Below are positions 33,165 through 43,092 of a stretch of DNA of 64,000 bases, one piece after another. The notes under the pieces were generated by a model. It did not search any database. It saw only the letters and a list, made by a program, of their open reading frames with translations, and was not told the origin of the DNA. The stretch lies in the NCBI GenBank assembly GCA_034520945.1, contig JAXHNB010000002.1, positions 128,001-192,000 on the forward strand. Direction: 5' to 3'. The DNA is from Trueperaceae bacterium. Lineage in GTDB: Bacteria; Deinococcota; Deinococci; Deinococcales; Trueperaceae. The position numbers and the translations under genes are program-made. Position 1 is the first letter of the stretch, and every line of letters begins with the position of its first letter.

Positions 33165-33944
33165 TCAGGACAGCTCGGCGGCCGAATCGCGGTCCAGGTA
33201 CAGGGTCGCGTGCGGCGCGCGCCGCAGGACCGAGGCGGGACAGGCCGGGTCGATCGGCCCCTCCAGCGCCGTGCGTACCGCCGCCGCCTTGCGCCGCTCA
33301 GGTGCGATCACCAGCAGCCGCGCCGCCCGCAGCAGCGTGGGAACGGTCAGGGTGATGGCGTGCGTCGGCACGGCGTCCAGGTCGGCAAAGTGCCCCTCGC
33401 CGACCTGCTGGCTGCGGCTGGTCTCGTCCAGACGTACCACCTTGGCGACCTCGGGGTCCGCGAAGTCCGCGTAGGGCGGGTCGTTGAAGGCAAGATGCCC
33501 GTTCTCGCCGACGCCCATGCAGCACAGATCGATGGGGGCGCGCGCCAGCAGCGCTTCGTACGCCGCGATCGTGTCCTCGGCCCGCTCCGGGTCGCCGTCG
33601 ATGCCGTGGAACGTGCCGATGCCGAGCGGCTCGATCACCTCGCGCCGAAGGAAGCGCCGGAAGCTGGCGGGATGGTCTTCGTCGAGTCCGAGGTACTCGT
33701 CCATGTGGAACGTCTCGACGCGCGACCAGTCGACCTTCGCGCCGTTCTGGCGAAGCGCCGTGAAGAACGGGAGCTGCGAGTTGCCCGTGGCCAGCACGAC
33801 GCGTGCCTGGCCGCGGTCGCGGATGGCGTCGGCGAGGGTCTCGCGTGCGGCTTCCGAAGCGGCGCGGCCGAGCGCTTCGGGTGCGTCGTGGATCTCGACG
33901 TGCAGGTCCTCGTACTGGGCATTCGTATGCGTGCGTGTCGTCAT
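33165..33944 (-). CDS. Glucosamine-6-phosphate deaminase/isomerase family protein (NagB-like)
   Basis: LATGNSQ, FHMDEY.G, G.GENGHLAFNDP, AITLT and CPAS.LR motifs. Confidence 0.88.
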   Translation of the reverse strand: MTTRTHTNAQYEDLHVEIHDAPEALGRAASEAARETLADAIRDRGQARVVLATGNSQLPFFTALRQNGAKVDWSRVETFHMDEYLGLDEDHPASFRRFLRREVIEPLGIGTFHGIDGDPERAEDTIAAYEALLARAPIDLCCMGVGENGHLAFNDPPYADFADPEVAKVVRLDETSRSQQVGEGHFADLDAVPTHAITLTVPTLLRAARLLVIAPERRKAAAVRTALEGPIDPACPASVLRRAPHATLYLDRDSAAELS

Positions 33945-34285
33945 GGGCTCCTCGTCGCGTCCAGTCGGTGTGCCGGACGTGGCACGTTGGAATCGCGTCA
34001 TGGCGTCGAATCCGGCGGCGTGCGCGGCCGGGGCGGCCGTGGTGCGCGACCGCGGGTGCCGCACCGTACAGGATATCGGGCAGCGGGTCGGTGCGCGAGG
34101 GGAATGCGCGGGTCGCCCGTGTCGCCGCGCGCGGCTCGAGAGGGAACCAGCGCGAGGACGACCCGCGCGCCGTTTCGCCTGGACGCGGGGCCATGACGGA
34201 CCCGGCGTCGGCGGTACGCTGCTCACGGGATCGGCCCGCAGGTGCGCGCGTGCACGGGCGCGACACCGACCTGAGGAGGCTCATC

Positions 34286-35137
34286 GTGAACCATCCGCGC
34301 GTATCCGCCCGCAAGGACCATGCCCTGGGCGCGCTGTTCGGTCGTCGACCGGTCGTGATCGGCGTGGTGCACTGCCGGCCGTTGCCCGGCGCGCCCGACT
34401 ATCAGGGGGAGGAGATCGAAGCGATCCTCGACCACGCGGTGGAGGAGGCCCGGCGCTACGTGCGTGGCGGCGTGCACGGACTGATCGTGGAGAACCACGG
34501 GGACATCCCGTTCGCCAAACCCGACGCGCTGGGGCCCGAGACTGCGGCGATGATGGCCGTCGTCACCGACCGGGTGCGCCGGGCCGCCGGCGTGCCCGTG
34601 GGGGTCAACGTGCTGGCCAACGGGGCGCTGCAGGCGCTGGCGGTGGCGAAGGCGGGCGGCGGGTCGTTCGTGCGGGTGAACCAGTGGGCCAACGCCTACG
34701 TGGCCAACGAAGGGTTCATCGAGGGGCCCGCGGCCGCTGCGGCGCGGTATCGCGCCTGGCTGCACGCCCGCGAGGTCGCCGTGTTCGCGGACGTCCACGT
34801 CAAACATGGGTCGCACGCCATCACGGCCGACCGCAGCCTCGAGGAAACGGCGCGGGACGCGGCGTTCTTCGACGCCGACGTACTGATCGCGACGGGACAG
34901 CGGACGGGCGACGCGGCGCAGGCCGACGAGGTGCGCGCCATCGCCGAGGCGACGGGCCTTCCGCTCCTGGTCGGGAGCGGTGTGACCCGCGACAACGTGA
35001 CGTCGCTGCTGGAGGTGGCCGACGGCGTGATCGTTGCCAGTTCGCTGAAGGAGGAGGGCGTGTGGTGGACGCCCGTGTCCGAAGCGAAGGTGCGGGCGTT
35101 CATGGAGGTGGTGGATCAGGCGGCGGGGGGAGCGTAA
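34286..35137 (+). CDS. BtpA/SgcQ family TIM-barrel protein
   Basis: IGVVH..PLPG.P, VEN.GDIPF, GVNVL.N, FVRVN, DV.VKHG and GSGV...N motifs; GAGGAGG RBS. Confidence 0.92.
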   Translation: MNHPRVSARKDHALGALFGRRPVVIGVVHCRPLPGAPDYQGEEIEAILDHAVEEARRYVRGGVHGLIVENHGDIPFAKPDALGPETAAMMAVVTDRVRRAAGVPVGVNVLANGALQALAVAKAGGGSFVRVNQWANAYVANEGFIEGPAAAAARYRAWLHAREVAVFADVHVKHGSHAITADRSLEETARDAAFFDADVLIATGQRTGDAAQADEVRAIAEATGLPLLVGSGVTRDNVTSLLEVADGVIVASSLKEEGVWWTPVSEAKVRAFMEVVDQAAGGA

Positions 35138-35196
35138 AGGTCGTGAGCGAGGTGGCGCTGGGGGGCGCGAGGCGTCGGCCGCGCAGGGCGGACCCG

Positions 35197-36234
35197 TCAG
35201 TGAAGGCCGCCGTGCGCGTCGGCGAGGGCCATGACCTCGTCCAGGGTGCCCATCGAGTTGGCGCAGGCGTGCCGGCCGACCACGATCGCGCCGCAGGCGT
35301 TGCCCATGCGGGCGGAGGCGTACCAGTCCCATCCTTGCAGGCGGCCGTAGATGAGGCCGGCCGCGAACGCGTCGCCCGCACCGAGCACATTGACGACCTC
35401 GGCGGGGAAGCCGGGTGCCTCGATCACCTCGCCGCTGCGGAGGTAGATGCGGGCGCCCTCGTCGCCCCGCTTGACGACCAGCGCTTCGGGGCCGCTGGGG
35501 ACGGCCAGGAGGTCGCGAACGTCGGCGTCTAAGTCGCCGCTGATTTCGGGCGCCGAGATCTGCTGGTGTTCGACGCGAAGCGCCGCGGGGTCGCGCAGCA
35601 TGGCGGCGTGCACCTCCTCGACCGTGCCGATCGCGACCGTGACCAACGGCAGTGCGGCACGGACCATCCGGCCGAAGGCACGTGGGTCGTACCACTGGTC
35701 CGCCCGGAAGTCGAGGTCCAGGAACACGGGCCGCCCCGCCGCCTGGGCGCGCTCGGCCGCGAACAACGTCGCGGTGGACTGTGGAGGTTTGGCGAGTCCG
35801 GTTCCGGAGATCTCCAACGCCCGGAAGCGCTCGACCTGGGCCGCGAGCACGTCGTCGATGCTCAGTTGCACGTCGGGGGCGGCCTCGCGGTAGAAGACCA
35901 GCGGGAAGCGGCCGTCCGGCTCGATCCCCAGCAGCACCGCGGTGCTGCGCGTGCCGGGCTTGCGGACCACCTGGCGCGTGTCGACCTTTTCGTCGTTCAG
36001 GAAGGTCGTGATGAAGTCGCCGACCTTGTCCTCGCCGACGCCGGTCAGCACGGCGGAGGCCAGGCCCAGCCGGCGGGCGCCGACCGCGATGTTGGTGGGG
36101 CTGCCGCCGACGTAGGCGTTGAACGAGTTGATCCGTTCGAACGGGACGCCGACGTCGTTGGCGTACAGGTCGATCGAACTCCGCCCCATCGTCAGCAGGT
36201 CGAGGGTGTCGTCGCTTGCGCGTTCCTGGCTCAC
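35197..36234 (-). CDS. iolC: 5-dehydro-2-deoxygluconokinase (PfkB family)
   Basis: MGRSSIDLY, GGSPTNIAVG.RRLGL, DLDFR..QW, VVKRG and LGAGDAFA motifs; iol context. Confidence 0.92.
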   Translation of the reverse strand: MSQERASDDTLDLLTMGRSSIDLYANDVGVPFERINSFNAYVGGSPTNIAVGARRLGLASAVLTGVGEDKVGDFITTFLNDEKVDTRQVVRKPGTRSTAVLLGIEPDGRFPLVFYREAAPDVQLSIDDVLAAQVERFRALEISGTGLAKPPQSTATLFAAERAQAAGRPVFLDLDFRADQWYDPRAFGRMVRAALPLVTVAIGTVEEVHAAMLRDPAALRVEHQQISAPEISGDLDADVRDLLAVPSGPEALVVKRGDEGARIYLRSGEVIEAPGFPAEVVNVLGAGDAFAAGLIYGRLQGWDWYASARMGNACGAIVVGRHACANSMGTLDEVMALADAHGGLH

Positions 36235-37139
36235 AGTCCGAGCTCCTTCAGGTAGCTTCGGTTGCGGGCGGCGCTCTGCTTGGGGCTGCCGAGGCCTGGC
36301 AGCACGTCCTGTTCGACCACCAGCCAGCCGTGGTAGTCCTGCGCCCGCAGCCGTTCGAGGACGGCGGGGAAGTCGACGATGCCCTGGCCGAGTTCCGGGA
36401 ACACGCCCTGGCGCACCATCTCCGGGTAGCCCCATCCGTGCAGCTCCGCCTCCGCCACCACCTCGGGCGAAAAGTCCTTGAGGTGCACCAACTCGATGCG
36501 GTCGCCGTACCGCTCCAGGTCGGGGGCGGGGTCTCCGCCGCCCAGCGCCACGTGCCCCGTGTCGAAGCACAGGCCCACCAGCGCCGGGTCGGTTCGGTCG
36601 AGGAAGGCCTCGATCTCGGCGGGGGTTTCCACGTAGCTCGCGCCGTGCGCGTGGAAGGCGCAGCGAAGGCCGGTCTCGTCGCGGACGGCGCGGGCCACGC
36701 GGTGGGCCCCCTCGGCGTACTGGTCCAGTTCGCGTTCGCCGAGCGCGTGGGCGGGCAGGATGCGCCCGGCGTAGCGGGTGCGGTCGGGCACGCGCGAGTG
36801 GTCGGGGCCCAGGTTGAGGACGGCGTCGTCGCCGCCGACGGCGCGGACCAGCCGCGCGATCTCTAGCGCGCGTTGCACGTTGCGGTCGGTGTACTCGGGG
36901 TCGTCCAAGCGGACCGTGACCCACGACGCGATCAGGGTGAGGTCGCGCGAGGAAAGCGCCTCGGCCAGGCGGTCCGGATCGGTCGGGAGGAAGCCCAGGT
37001 CGCCGAGCTCGGTGCCGGCGTAGCCCGTCTCGGCCAGTTCGTCCAGGAACCGCATGGGGTCGACGCGGGCGTCCTCGGTGCCGGTGTTCTCGATCGTGCC
37101 CCACGAGCAGGGGGCGTTTCCCACGGGCCATCGCGTCAT
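36231..37139 (-). CDS. iolE: Myo-inosose-2 dehydratase-like sugar phosphate isomerase/epimerase
   Basis: NAPCSWG, GY.GTELG, FH.H, DTGH, HLKD, ELG.G.VDF and VVEQD motifs; lies between iolG and iolC. Confidence 0.85.
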   Translation of the reverse strand: MTRWPVGNAPCSWGTIENTGTEDARVDPMRFLDELAETGYAGTELGDLGFLPTDPDRLAEALSSRDLTLIASWVTVRLDDPEYTDRNVQRALEIARLVRAVGGDDAVLNLGPDHSRVPDRTRYAGRILPAHALGERELDQYAEGAHRVARAVRDETGLRCAFHAHGASYVETPAEIEAFLDRTDPALVGLCFDTGHVALGGGDPAPDLERYGDRIELVHLKDFSPEVVAEAELHGWGYPEMVRQGVFPELGQGIVDFPAVLERLRAQDYHGWLVVEQDVLPGLGSPKQSAARNRSYLKELGL

Positions 37140-38161
37140 TGCGTGCCTCCCGTCGATTCAGGGTCGTGTCGTGCGACCTCCACCGGGCGCCCTTCGCGCT
37201 GCGCGTCGCGGGCCGCCAACGCCAGCCGCAGCGACGCTTCGGCGTCCTCCGGGCCGGGCGAGGGGGCGCGGCCGGCGCGGACGTCGTCGACGAACGCCTG
37301 CAGTTCCAGCCGGTAGGCGTCCCGGAAGCGGTCCAGGAAGTAGTGTACGTGATCGCCGTGGATCCCATTCGCGTCGAAGTGCCACGTCTTGGTGGCGCGC
37401 GCGTCTTCGGCGACGAGCTTGCCGGCCTCGCCGTGCACCTCGATGCGCAGGTCGTAGCCGTACACCGTCCGGCGGGTGTTCTGGATCACGCCGAGCGCGC
37501 CGCTGTCGAACTCGAGCGTCACCACGCTGGTGTCGACGTCGCCGTGCTCCGCGAAGTGATCCGCGACCAACACCCGGCCGGTGGCGTGCACGCGGGTTAC
37601 CTCGCCCATCACGAAGCGGGCCAGGTCCAGGTCGTGAATCGCCGAATCGAGGTACAGCCCGCCTGAGGCCGCGACGTACGCGGGCGGCGGTGGGGCGGGA
37701 TCGGAGGAAAGGCTGCGGAACATCTCCGGCTTGCCGAGTTCGCCCTCGCGCACCGCCCGCGCGAGGGCGCCGAACCCGGGATCGAAGCGGCGGTTCAGCC
37801 CGATCTGGAACGGCGCCTGCTGACGCCGCACCGCCGCGAGGGCGTCCCGGGTGGTGGCCAGGTCCAGCGCGACCGGCTTCTCGCAGAACACCGCCAAGCC
37901 GGCCTCGGCGGCGGCCACCACCTGTTCGGCGTGGACGGGGGTGGGGGAGGCGATCACCACCGCGTCGAGGTCGTCGCGCCCCAGCAGCTCGCCGGCGTCG
38001 GCCGCGATGGCCACCCCGCCTGACGCTGCGCGGCGCGCCGCCGCTTCGTCCGCGTCGTACACGCACGCCAGGCTTGCCCCGTCGACCGCGCCGTACAGGT
38101 GCCGCGCGTGCAGCGCGCCGATGCGGCCGGCGCCGAGCACGCCGAACCGGAGCGTACTCAT
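37136..38161 (-). CDS. iolG: Inositol 2-dehydrogenase (Gfo/Idh/MocA)
   Basis: GAGRIG..H, CEKP, G.NRRFD, SGG..LD..IHD.D, YGYD.R.E and F.DRF..AY motifs. Confidence 0.92.
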   Translation of the reverse strand: MSTLRFGVLGAGRIGALHARHLYGAVDGASLACVYDADEAAARRAASGGVAIAADAGELLGRDDLDAVVIASPTPVHAEQVVAAAEAGLAVFCEKPVALDLATTRDALAAVRRQQAPFQIGLNRRFDPGFGALARAVREGELGKPEMFRSLSSDPAPPPPAYVAASGGLYLDSAIHDLDLARFVMGEVTRVHATGRVLVADHFAEHGDVDTSVVTLEFDSGALGVIQNTRRTVYGYDLRIEVHGEAGKLVAEDARATKTWHFDANGIHGDHVHYFLDRFRDAYRLELQAFVDDVRAGRAPSPGPEDAEASLRLALAARDAQREGRPVEVARHDPESTGGTQ

Positions 38162-40074
38162 GACGCCTCCTCCTCGCTGGGGGCGCGAACGATCACCTGG
38201 CGTTCGCGGGCCCGTTCGTACGCCCGGCGTGCCTCAATGACCGGTTCCTGTGTCGAGGTCTCGGCGACGGGCACGTCCCACCACCCGCCGGTGTCGCCGA
38301 AGTCGGCGGCCTTGTTCGGGTCGACCTCGATGACGACGACGCGTACGCCGCGGGCGTCCCGCGCCGCATGCAGGGCGGCGCGGGCCTGCTCGGCGCTGCG
38401 CGCGGTCGTCGCGTGCGCCCCCATGGACGCGGCGTGCGCGGCGAAGTCGACCGGGAGGTAGGGGCCGTCCGGGCGTCCGCCCCCATTGCGGCCCCGGAGT
38501 TCGACGCCGAAGGTGGGGCTGCCCACGCTGCGTTGCAGCCCGTGGATGGACTGGAAGCCGTGGTTGTCGATCACCACGAAGGTGAGGTCCAGTCCTTCGC
38601 CCACGGCGGTGACGATCTCGGAGTTCATCATCAGGTAGCTGCCGTCCCCCACCAGCACCACCACCGGTCGTTCGGGGTCCGGTTCGGCCAAGCGCACGCC
38701 CAGGCCCGCCGGGATCTCGTACCCCATGCAGCTGTAGCCGTACTCCACGTGATACGCGCGGGGGTCGGTGGGGCGCCACAGCCGCAGCAGGTCGCCCGGC
38801 ATCGAACCGGCCGCGTTGATCACCACCGCGTCACCGCCGAAGGCGTCGTTCACCATCCCCAGCACGCCGCCCTGCGCCAGGCCGTTCTCGTCGCCGAGGT
38901 CGCTTCGTACCCGGTCGACCACGGCGTCCCAAGATTCCTTGAGCGACGCGATGCGGGCACGGCGCGCTTTGCCCGCGGGCGACGCGTGGGTGTCCGCAAG
39001 CGCGCCGTCCAGCGCCTCCAGGCCGACCCGGGCATCGGCGATCAGCGGCAGGGCGGCGAGCTTGTGGGCGTCCATGGCGGCGACGTTGAGGCCGATCACG
39101 GTCGCCGACGCGTCGAAGGCGGTCTTCGACGACGTGGTGAAGTCGCTGAGGCGCGTGCCGACCGCCAGGATTAGGTCCGCCTCGCGAGCCAAGGCGTTGG
39201 CGGCCGAACCGCCGTTCGTGCCGACGGGACCGACCGCCATGTCGTGCGTCCATGGGAGCGAGCCGCGGCCGGCCTGCGTTTCAGCGACGGGCACGCCCCA
39301 TCGCTCGGCGAAGTCGGCCAGCGTGCCTGTGGCGCCGGCGTAGCGCACGCCGCCGCCGGCCACGATCAACGGGGTTCGTGCCCGGCGCCAGGTGGCGACC
39401 GCGTCCGCCAGCGCCTCGCCTTCGGGCGGGGGCCGGCGGATGCGCCAGGTGCGCGGCGCGAAGAACGCCTCGGGCCAGTCGTACGCCTCGACCTGCACGT
39501 CCTCGGGCAGGCTGATCACCACCGCGCCGGTTTCGGCCGGGTCGGTGAGCACCCGCATCGCCTCGGGCAGGGCGTGCAGCAGCTGTTCCGGTCGGCTGAT
39601 GCGCGTGAAGAAACGGGCGACGGGCCGGAAGGCGTCGTTCAGCGACAGGTCGTGCTCGGTGGGGTGCTCCACCTGTTGCAGGACCGGGTCCGGCACGCGG
39701 TTCGCGAAGTAGTCGGACGGCAGCAACAGCACCGGCAGGCGGTTCACCGTGGCGAGCGCCGCGCCACTCAGCATGTTGGTGCTGCCGGGGCCGACCGAGG
39801 CGGTGCAGGCGAGGGTGGCCATGCGGTCGGCGTGCCGCGCGTAGGCGGCGGCGAGGTGCACCTGCGCCTGTTCGTTCTGGGGCCGGTAGAAGGGAAGGTC
39901 GAGGGCGTCACCGTACGCCTCCAACGCCTGACCCAGGCCTGCCACGTTGCCGTGACCGAAGATGCCCCATCCGGCGGGGATCAGGCGTCTGCGCACCCCG
40001 TCCCGCTGGCTGTACTGGACGGCGAGGAAATGCACGAGCGCTTGGGCGACGGTCATGTGGCGTGTCTGGTCCAC
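38158..40074 (-). CDS. iolD: 3D-(3,5/4)-trihydroxycyclohexane-1,2-dione acylhydrolase (TPP-dependent)
   Basis: TVAQAL..FL..Q, GIFGHGNVAG.G, NEQ, PDPVLQQ, EYGYSCMGYE and GDGSYLM motifs; GTG start after GAGGAG. Confidence 0.96.
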   Translation of the reverse strand: MDQTRHMTVAQALVHFLAVQYSQRDGVRRRLIPAGWGIFGHGNVAGLGQALEAYGDALDLPFYRPQNEQAQVHLAAAYARHADRMATLACTASVGPGSTNMLSGAALATVNRLPVLLLPSDYFANRVPDPVLQQVEHPTEHDLSLNDAFRPVARFFTRISRPEQLLHALPEAMRVLTDPAETGAVVISLPEDVQVEAYDWPEAFFAPRTWRIRRPPPEGEALADAVATWRRARTPLIVAGGGVRYAGATGTLADFAERWGVPVAETQAGRGSLPWTHDMAVGPVGTNGGSAANALAREADLILAVGTRLSDFTTSSKTAFDASATVIGLNVAAMDAHKLAALPLIADARVGLEALDGALADTHASPAGKARRARIASLKESWDAVVDRVRSDLGDENGLAQGGVLGMVNDAFGGDAVVINAAGSMPGDLLRLWRPTDPRAYHVEYGYSCMGYEIPAGLGVRLAEPDPERPVVVLVGDGSYLMMNSEIVTAVGEGLDLTFVVIDNHGFQSIHGLQRSVGSPTFGVELRGRNGGGRPDGPYLPVDFAAHAASMGAHATTARSAEQARAALHAARDARGVRVVVIEVDPNKAADFGDTGGWWDVPVAETSTQEPVIEARRAYERARERQVIVRAPSEEEAS

Positions 40075-40461
40075 CGGGGTCTCCTCTGGCGTGAAGTCGG
40101 AACGGGGCCGCGCCGAGGGGGCGTACCCCGCACCGGGCCTTCGCGCGGGCGTTTGCGTCGGACCTCTGAAGACGCGGCAAGGCCCCGCGTGCGGGCGACG
40201 TCGCACGCGTGATCGTGAGCGACTATGGCGCCGTGGAGGGGCCGCTGTCAAGATTGGGTTCGCCCGCGTCGGACGCCTCGGACAGGGGGCGCGCGGACGG
40301 CGGGGTCGTCGCTCGGGACGTTGCGCGCCGTTGCGTCCCTCGTCGCACCGTGCCACCATTCGCGGCGCAACGTCGTCGGCGTGCTCGCACGTGGTGCGGT
40401 ACGTTCAGGTGCCGACCCGGTCGCACGCCATGTTGCTGACGTATCCAAGGGAGGAGCGCTC

Positions 40462-41301
40462 ATGAAGAATCCGTTGCATCCCGCCGCCGGCCGCGGCCCC
40501 GTCCTGGAGGTCACGCCCGCCTCGGCGCAGTGGCGCGACCTGGGGTTCACCGTCGCTCGTTTCGCGAACGGCGACCGGCACCAGGTCGCCAGCCACGGGC
40601 GCGAAATCGCGTTCGTGCCTCAAGCCGGCAGCGTCACCGCGCACGTGGACGGAACGGCGTACACGCTGGCGCGCCGCGGCGTGTTCGAAGCGATGCCGCA
40701 CGTGCTCTACGTGCCGCCCGGCACGGAGGTGACGCTGGAGGCCACAGGCGACGCCGAGATCGCCTGGGGCAGCGCGCCCGCCGACGGGCGCTACCCGGTC
40801 CGACTGTTCGAGCCTAGCGAGATGCGCCGCGAAGTGCGGGGCGGCGGGGCCGCCGTACGCGAGGTGCACCACGTGCTGGCGCACCCGCTGCCGGCGGAAC
40901 GCCTGATCGTGTTCGAGGTGTACGTGCCTGGCGGCGCCTGGTCCGGCTGGCCGCCGCACTGCCACGACGGACGTCAGGGTTCGGCCTACCTGGAGGAGAC
41001 GTACTACTACCGCATCCGGCCCGACACCGGCTTCGCCCTGCACCGCAACTACACCCGCGAGGGGGACATGGACGAGATCGTCGCGGTGCGCGACCGCGAC
41101 CTGATGCTGGTGCCGGGCGGCTTCCATCCGGTCGCCCCGACGCCGGGATCCAACGTCTACTTCCTGAACTTCCTGGCGGGCGACCTGGTGGGCGACGAGC
41201 GCGGTCGGCCGCCGGTCGACGATCCCGATCACGCCTGGATCAAGGAGGCGTGGGGGGACGCGGCGATGACGCTTCCGCTGCGGTTCGACGACGACGGGTG
41301 A
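40462..41301 (+). CDS. iolB: 5-deoxy-glucuronate isomerase
   Basis: R.GVF, E.RG.G, L...EV..P.G.WS..PPH.HD, LEE.YYY, G.HP and Y.LN.LAG motifs. Confidence 0.93.
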   Translation: MKNPLHPAAGRGPVLEVTPASAQWRDLGFTVARFANGDRHQVASHGREIAFVPQAGSVTAHVDGTAYTLARRGVFEAMPHVLYVPPGTEVTLEATGDAEIAWGSAPADGRYPVRLFEPSEMRREVRGGGAAVREVHHVLAHPLPAERLIVFEVYVPGGAWSGWPPHCHDGRQGSAYLEETYYYRIRPDTGFALHRNYTREGDMDEIVAVRDRDLMLVPGGFHPVAPTPGSNVYFLNFLAGDLVGDERGRPPVDDPDHAWIKEAWGDAAMTLPLRFDDDG

Positions 41302-41310
41302 GGGCGGTCC

Positions 41311-42117
41311 GTGGCGTACGCGCCTGACGCCCGCCCCCTGATCCTCGACGCGTACGACCGCGGCTACGCCCTCCCTGCGTTCAACGTGTGCAGCGTAGAG
41401 ATGGTGCGTGCCTGCATCGAGGCGGCCGAGGAGGTACGTGCGCCGATTCTGCTGCAGACGTATCCGGCGGATTTGGCGCAGCTGCCGGCGCCGCACATGG
41501 CGGCCCTGGTCCGCAGCATGGCCGGCGCGGCCGCGGTGCCGGTCGCGCTGCACATGGATCACGGCCCGGACGACGCCACCGTGTTGGCCTGCCTTCGCGC
41601 CGGCTTCGGCAGCGTGATGCTGGACGGCAGCGACCTGGCGCACGACGCGTTGGAAATGCGGACCGCTCGGCTGGCCTGGGTGGCGCACGCGCAGGGCGCC
41701 GCGCTGGAGGTGGCGGCGGAGAGCTTCGACGCCGGTCGCGGCGCGCGCACCGTTCCCGACGAGGCGCGCCGGCTTCGCGAGGCGGGCAGCGACATGGTGG
41801 CGGTGTCGGTCGGCAGCGAGCACGGCCAGGCCGCCACCCTGGACCTGCCGCTGCTGCGCCGCATCGCCGACGCCGTGCAGGGGCCGTTGGTCCTGCACGG
41901 CGGCAGCGGCATCGGCGCGTCCGACCTGCGCGCGGCATGCACCATGGGCGTCGTCAAGGTGAACGTCGGGTCGGCCTCGTACCGGGCGCTGCGCTCCGTG
42001 TGGCGTGACTCCGCCGACGCGCCTAGCCACCGCGCCGTGTACGAGCGCGCCCGGGCCGCCCTGCGAGCCGTGGCGCTGGAACGGATCGACGCCGCGGGCG
42101 CTGCGGCACGGGCGTAG
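41311..42117 (+). CDS. Class II fructose-bisphosphate aldolase family protein, probably IolJ-type
   Basis: AFNV, H.DH, SVM.DGS, G..HG, VLHGGSG and KVN motifs; directly after iolB. Confidence 0.85.
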   Translation: MAYAPDARPLILDAYDRGYALPAFNVCSVEMVRACIEAAEEVRAPILLQTYPADLAQLPAPHMAALVRSMAGAAAVPVALHMDHGPDDATVLACLRAGFGSVMLDGSDLAHDALEMRTARLAWVAHAQGAALEVAAESFDAGRGARTVPDEARRLREAGSDMVAVSVGSEHGQAATLDLPLLRRIADAVQGPLVLHGGSGIGASDLRAACTMGVVKVNVGSASYRALRSVWRDSADAPSHRAVYERARAALRAVALERIDAAGAAARA

Positions 42118-42194
42118 GCGCACGGACCGCCGAGCGGTCGGCGCGCCGCGCGGCGTCCGGCGTCGCGGCACGTCTGCGGGCCCTATTGCGCACC

Positions 42195-42542
42195 GCGACC
42201 GACGTGTACGACGGGCTGGACGTGCTGGTGAACAACGCCGGCGTGATGGACGCGTTTCAAGGCGTGGCCAGCGTGGATGACGACACCTGGCAGTGCGTGC
42301 GGCCATGCCTGCGGCGCTCATGAAGGCACGGCGGCGGCTCGATGGACGCGCCGGCAGCCGGTTCGGCCGGCGCCGCCTACACGGCGTCCAAGCACGGCCT
42401 GATCGGCCTCACCCGCAACACCGCCTTCGTGTACGCCAAACGCGGGGTTCGCTGCAACGCCATCGTGGTGGGCGGCGTGCACACGAACATCGCGTCCAGC
42501 ATGGACATGAGCAAGGCCGACGCCGGCTGGACCGCCGCGTAG
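42195..42542 (+). pseudogene. Fragmented SDR oxidoreductase remnant
   Basis: GLDVLVNNAGVMD fragment and, in another frame, AYTASKHGLIGLTRN...RCNAI. The N-terminal TGxxxG.G motif is missing and the frame stops early. Confidence 0.8.
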
Positions 42543-42592
42543 TCGTCGGCCACGTACGTGCATCGCCGCCCTCTCGTTCTCGGCCGACTCTC

Positions 42593-42820
42593 TCAGGACC
42601 GAGCCGTGATCGTCGAGACGTCGTATGGCATCACGGCTGGGTCGTGCGTCACTACGGTCAACCCCTCCGTGCGAGCTTGGGCGACCAGCATGCGATCGAA
42701 GGGATCGCGATGGTGGTTCGGCAGGTTCCCAACGGCCAACGCATGCTCGCTGGTGACGTCGAGCGGCGTGAAGCGGTAGTGCGCGAGCATCGCGAGGTAG
42801 TCACGCGGCGCGGCCTTCAA
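42593..42820 (-). pseudogene. vapC: N-terminally deleted VapC (PIN-domain) toxin
   Basis: Keeps HHRDPFDRMLVAQA...VT.D but lacks the N-terminal LLDT and S..E segments. Confidence 0.8.
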
Positions 42821-43049
42821 CGGCGTCCAAGACGTCGTCGGGGAGGGGCGCGTCGAAGTCGTCAGCGATGGCGATGCGTCCCGCCCAATAGCCGTGCGAC
42901 AGATCGCGGGGACGGTCGTCGGCCTGAACCACGCTCAGGCGCACCAGTGGGCGCCCGGCGCGGGCGATGACCACCTCCTCGCCGGCCAGCGCTTGGTCGA
43001 CGAGGCGCGAGAGTTTCGCCTTCGCTTCGGTAATGTTGACGATCCGCAT
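42801..43049 (-). CDS. Phd/YefM family antitoxin
   Basis: VNI.EAKAKLSRLV....GEEVVIARAG.P.VRL...G.I.IADDFD.PLP pattern; GGAGG RBS. Confidence 0.92.
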   Translation of the reverse strand: MRIVNITEAKAKLSRLVDQALAGEEVVIARAGRPLVRLSVVQADDRPRDLSHGYWAGRIAIADDFDAPLPDDVLDAVEGRAA

Positions 43050-43092
43050 CGCGTGCCTCCCGTGATGGCTGACGATGCGCGCCGCGCACCGT

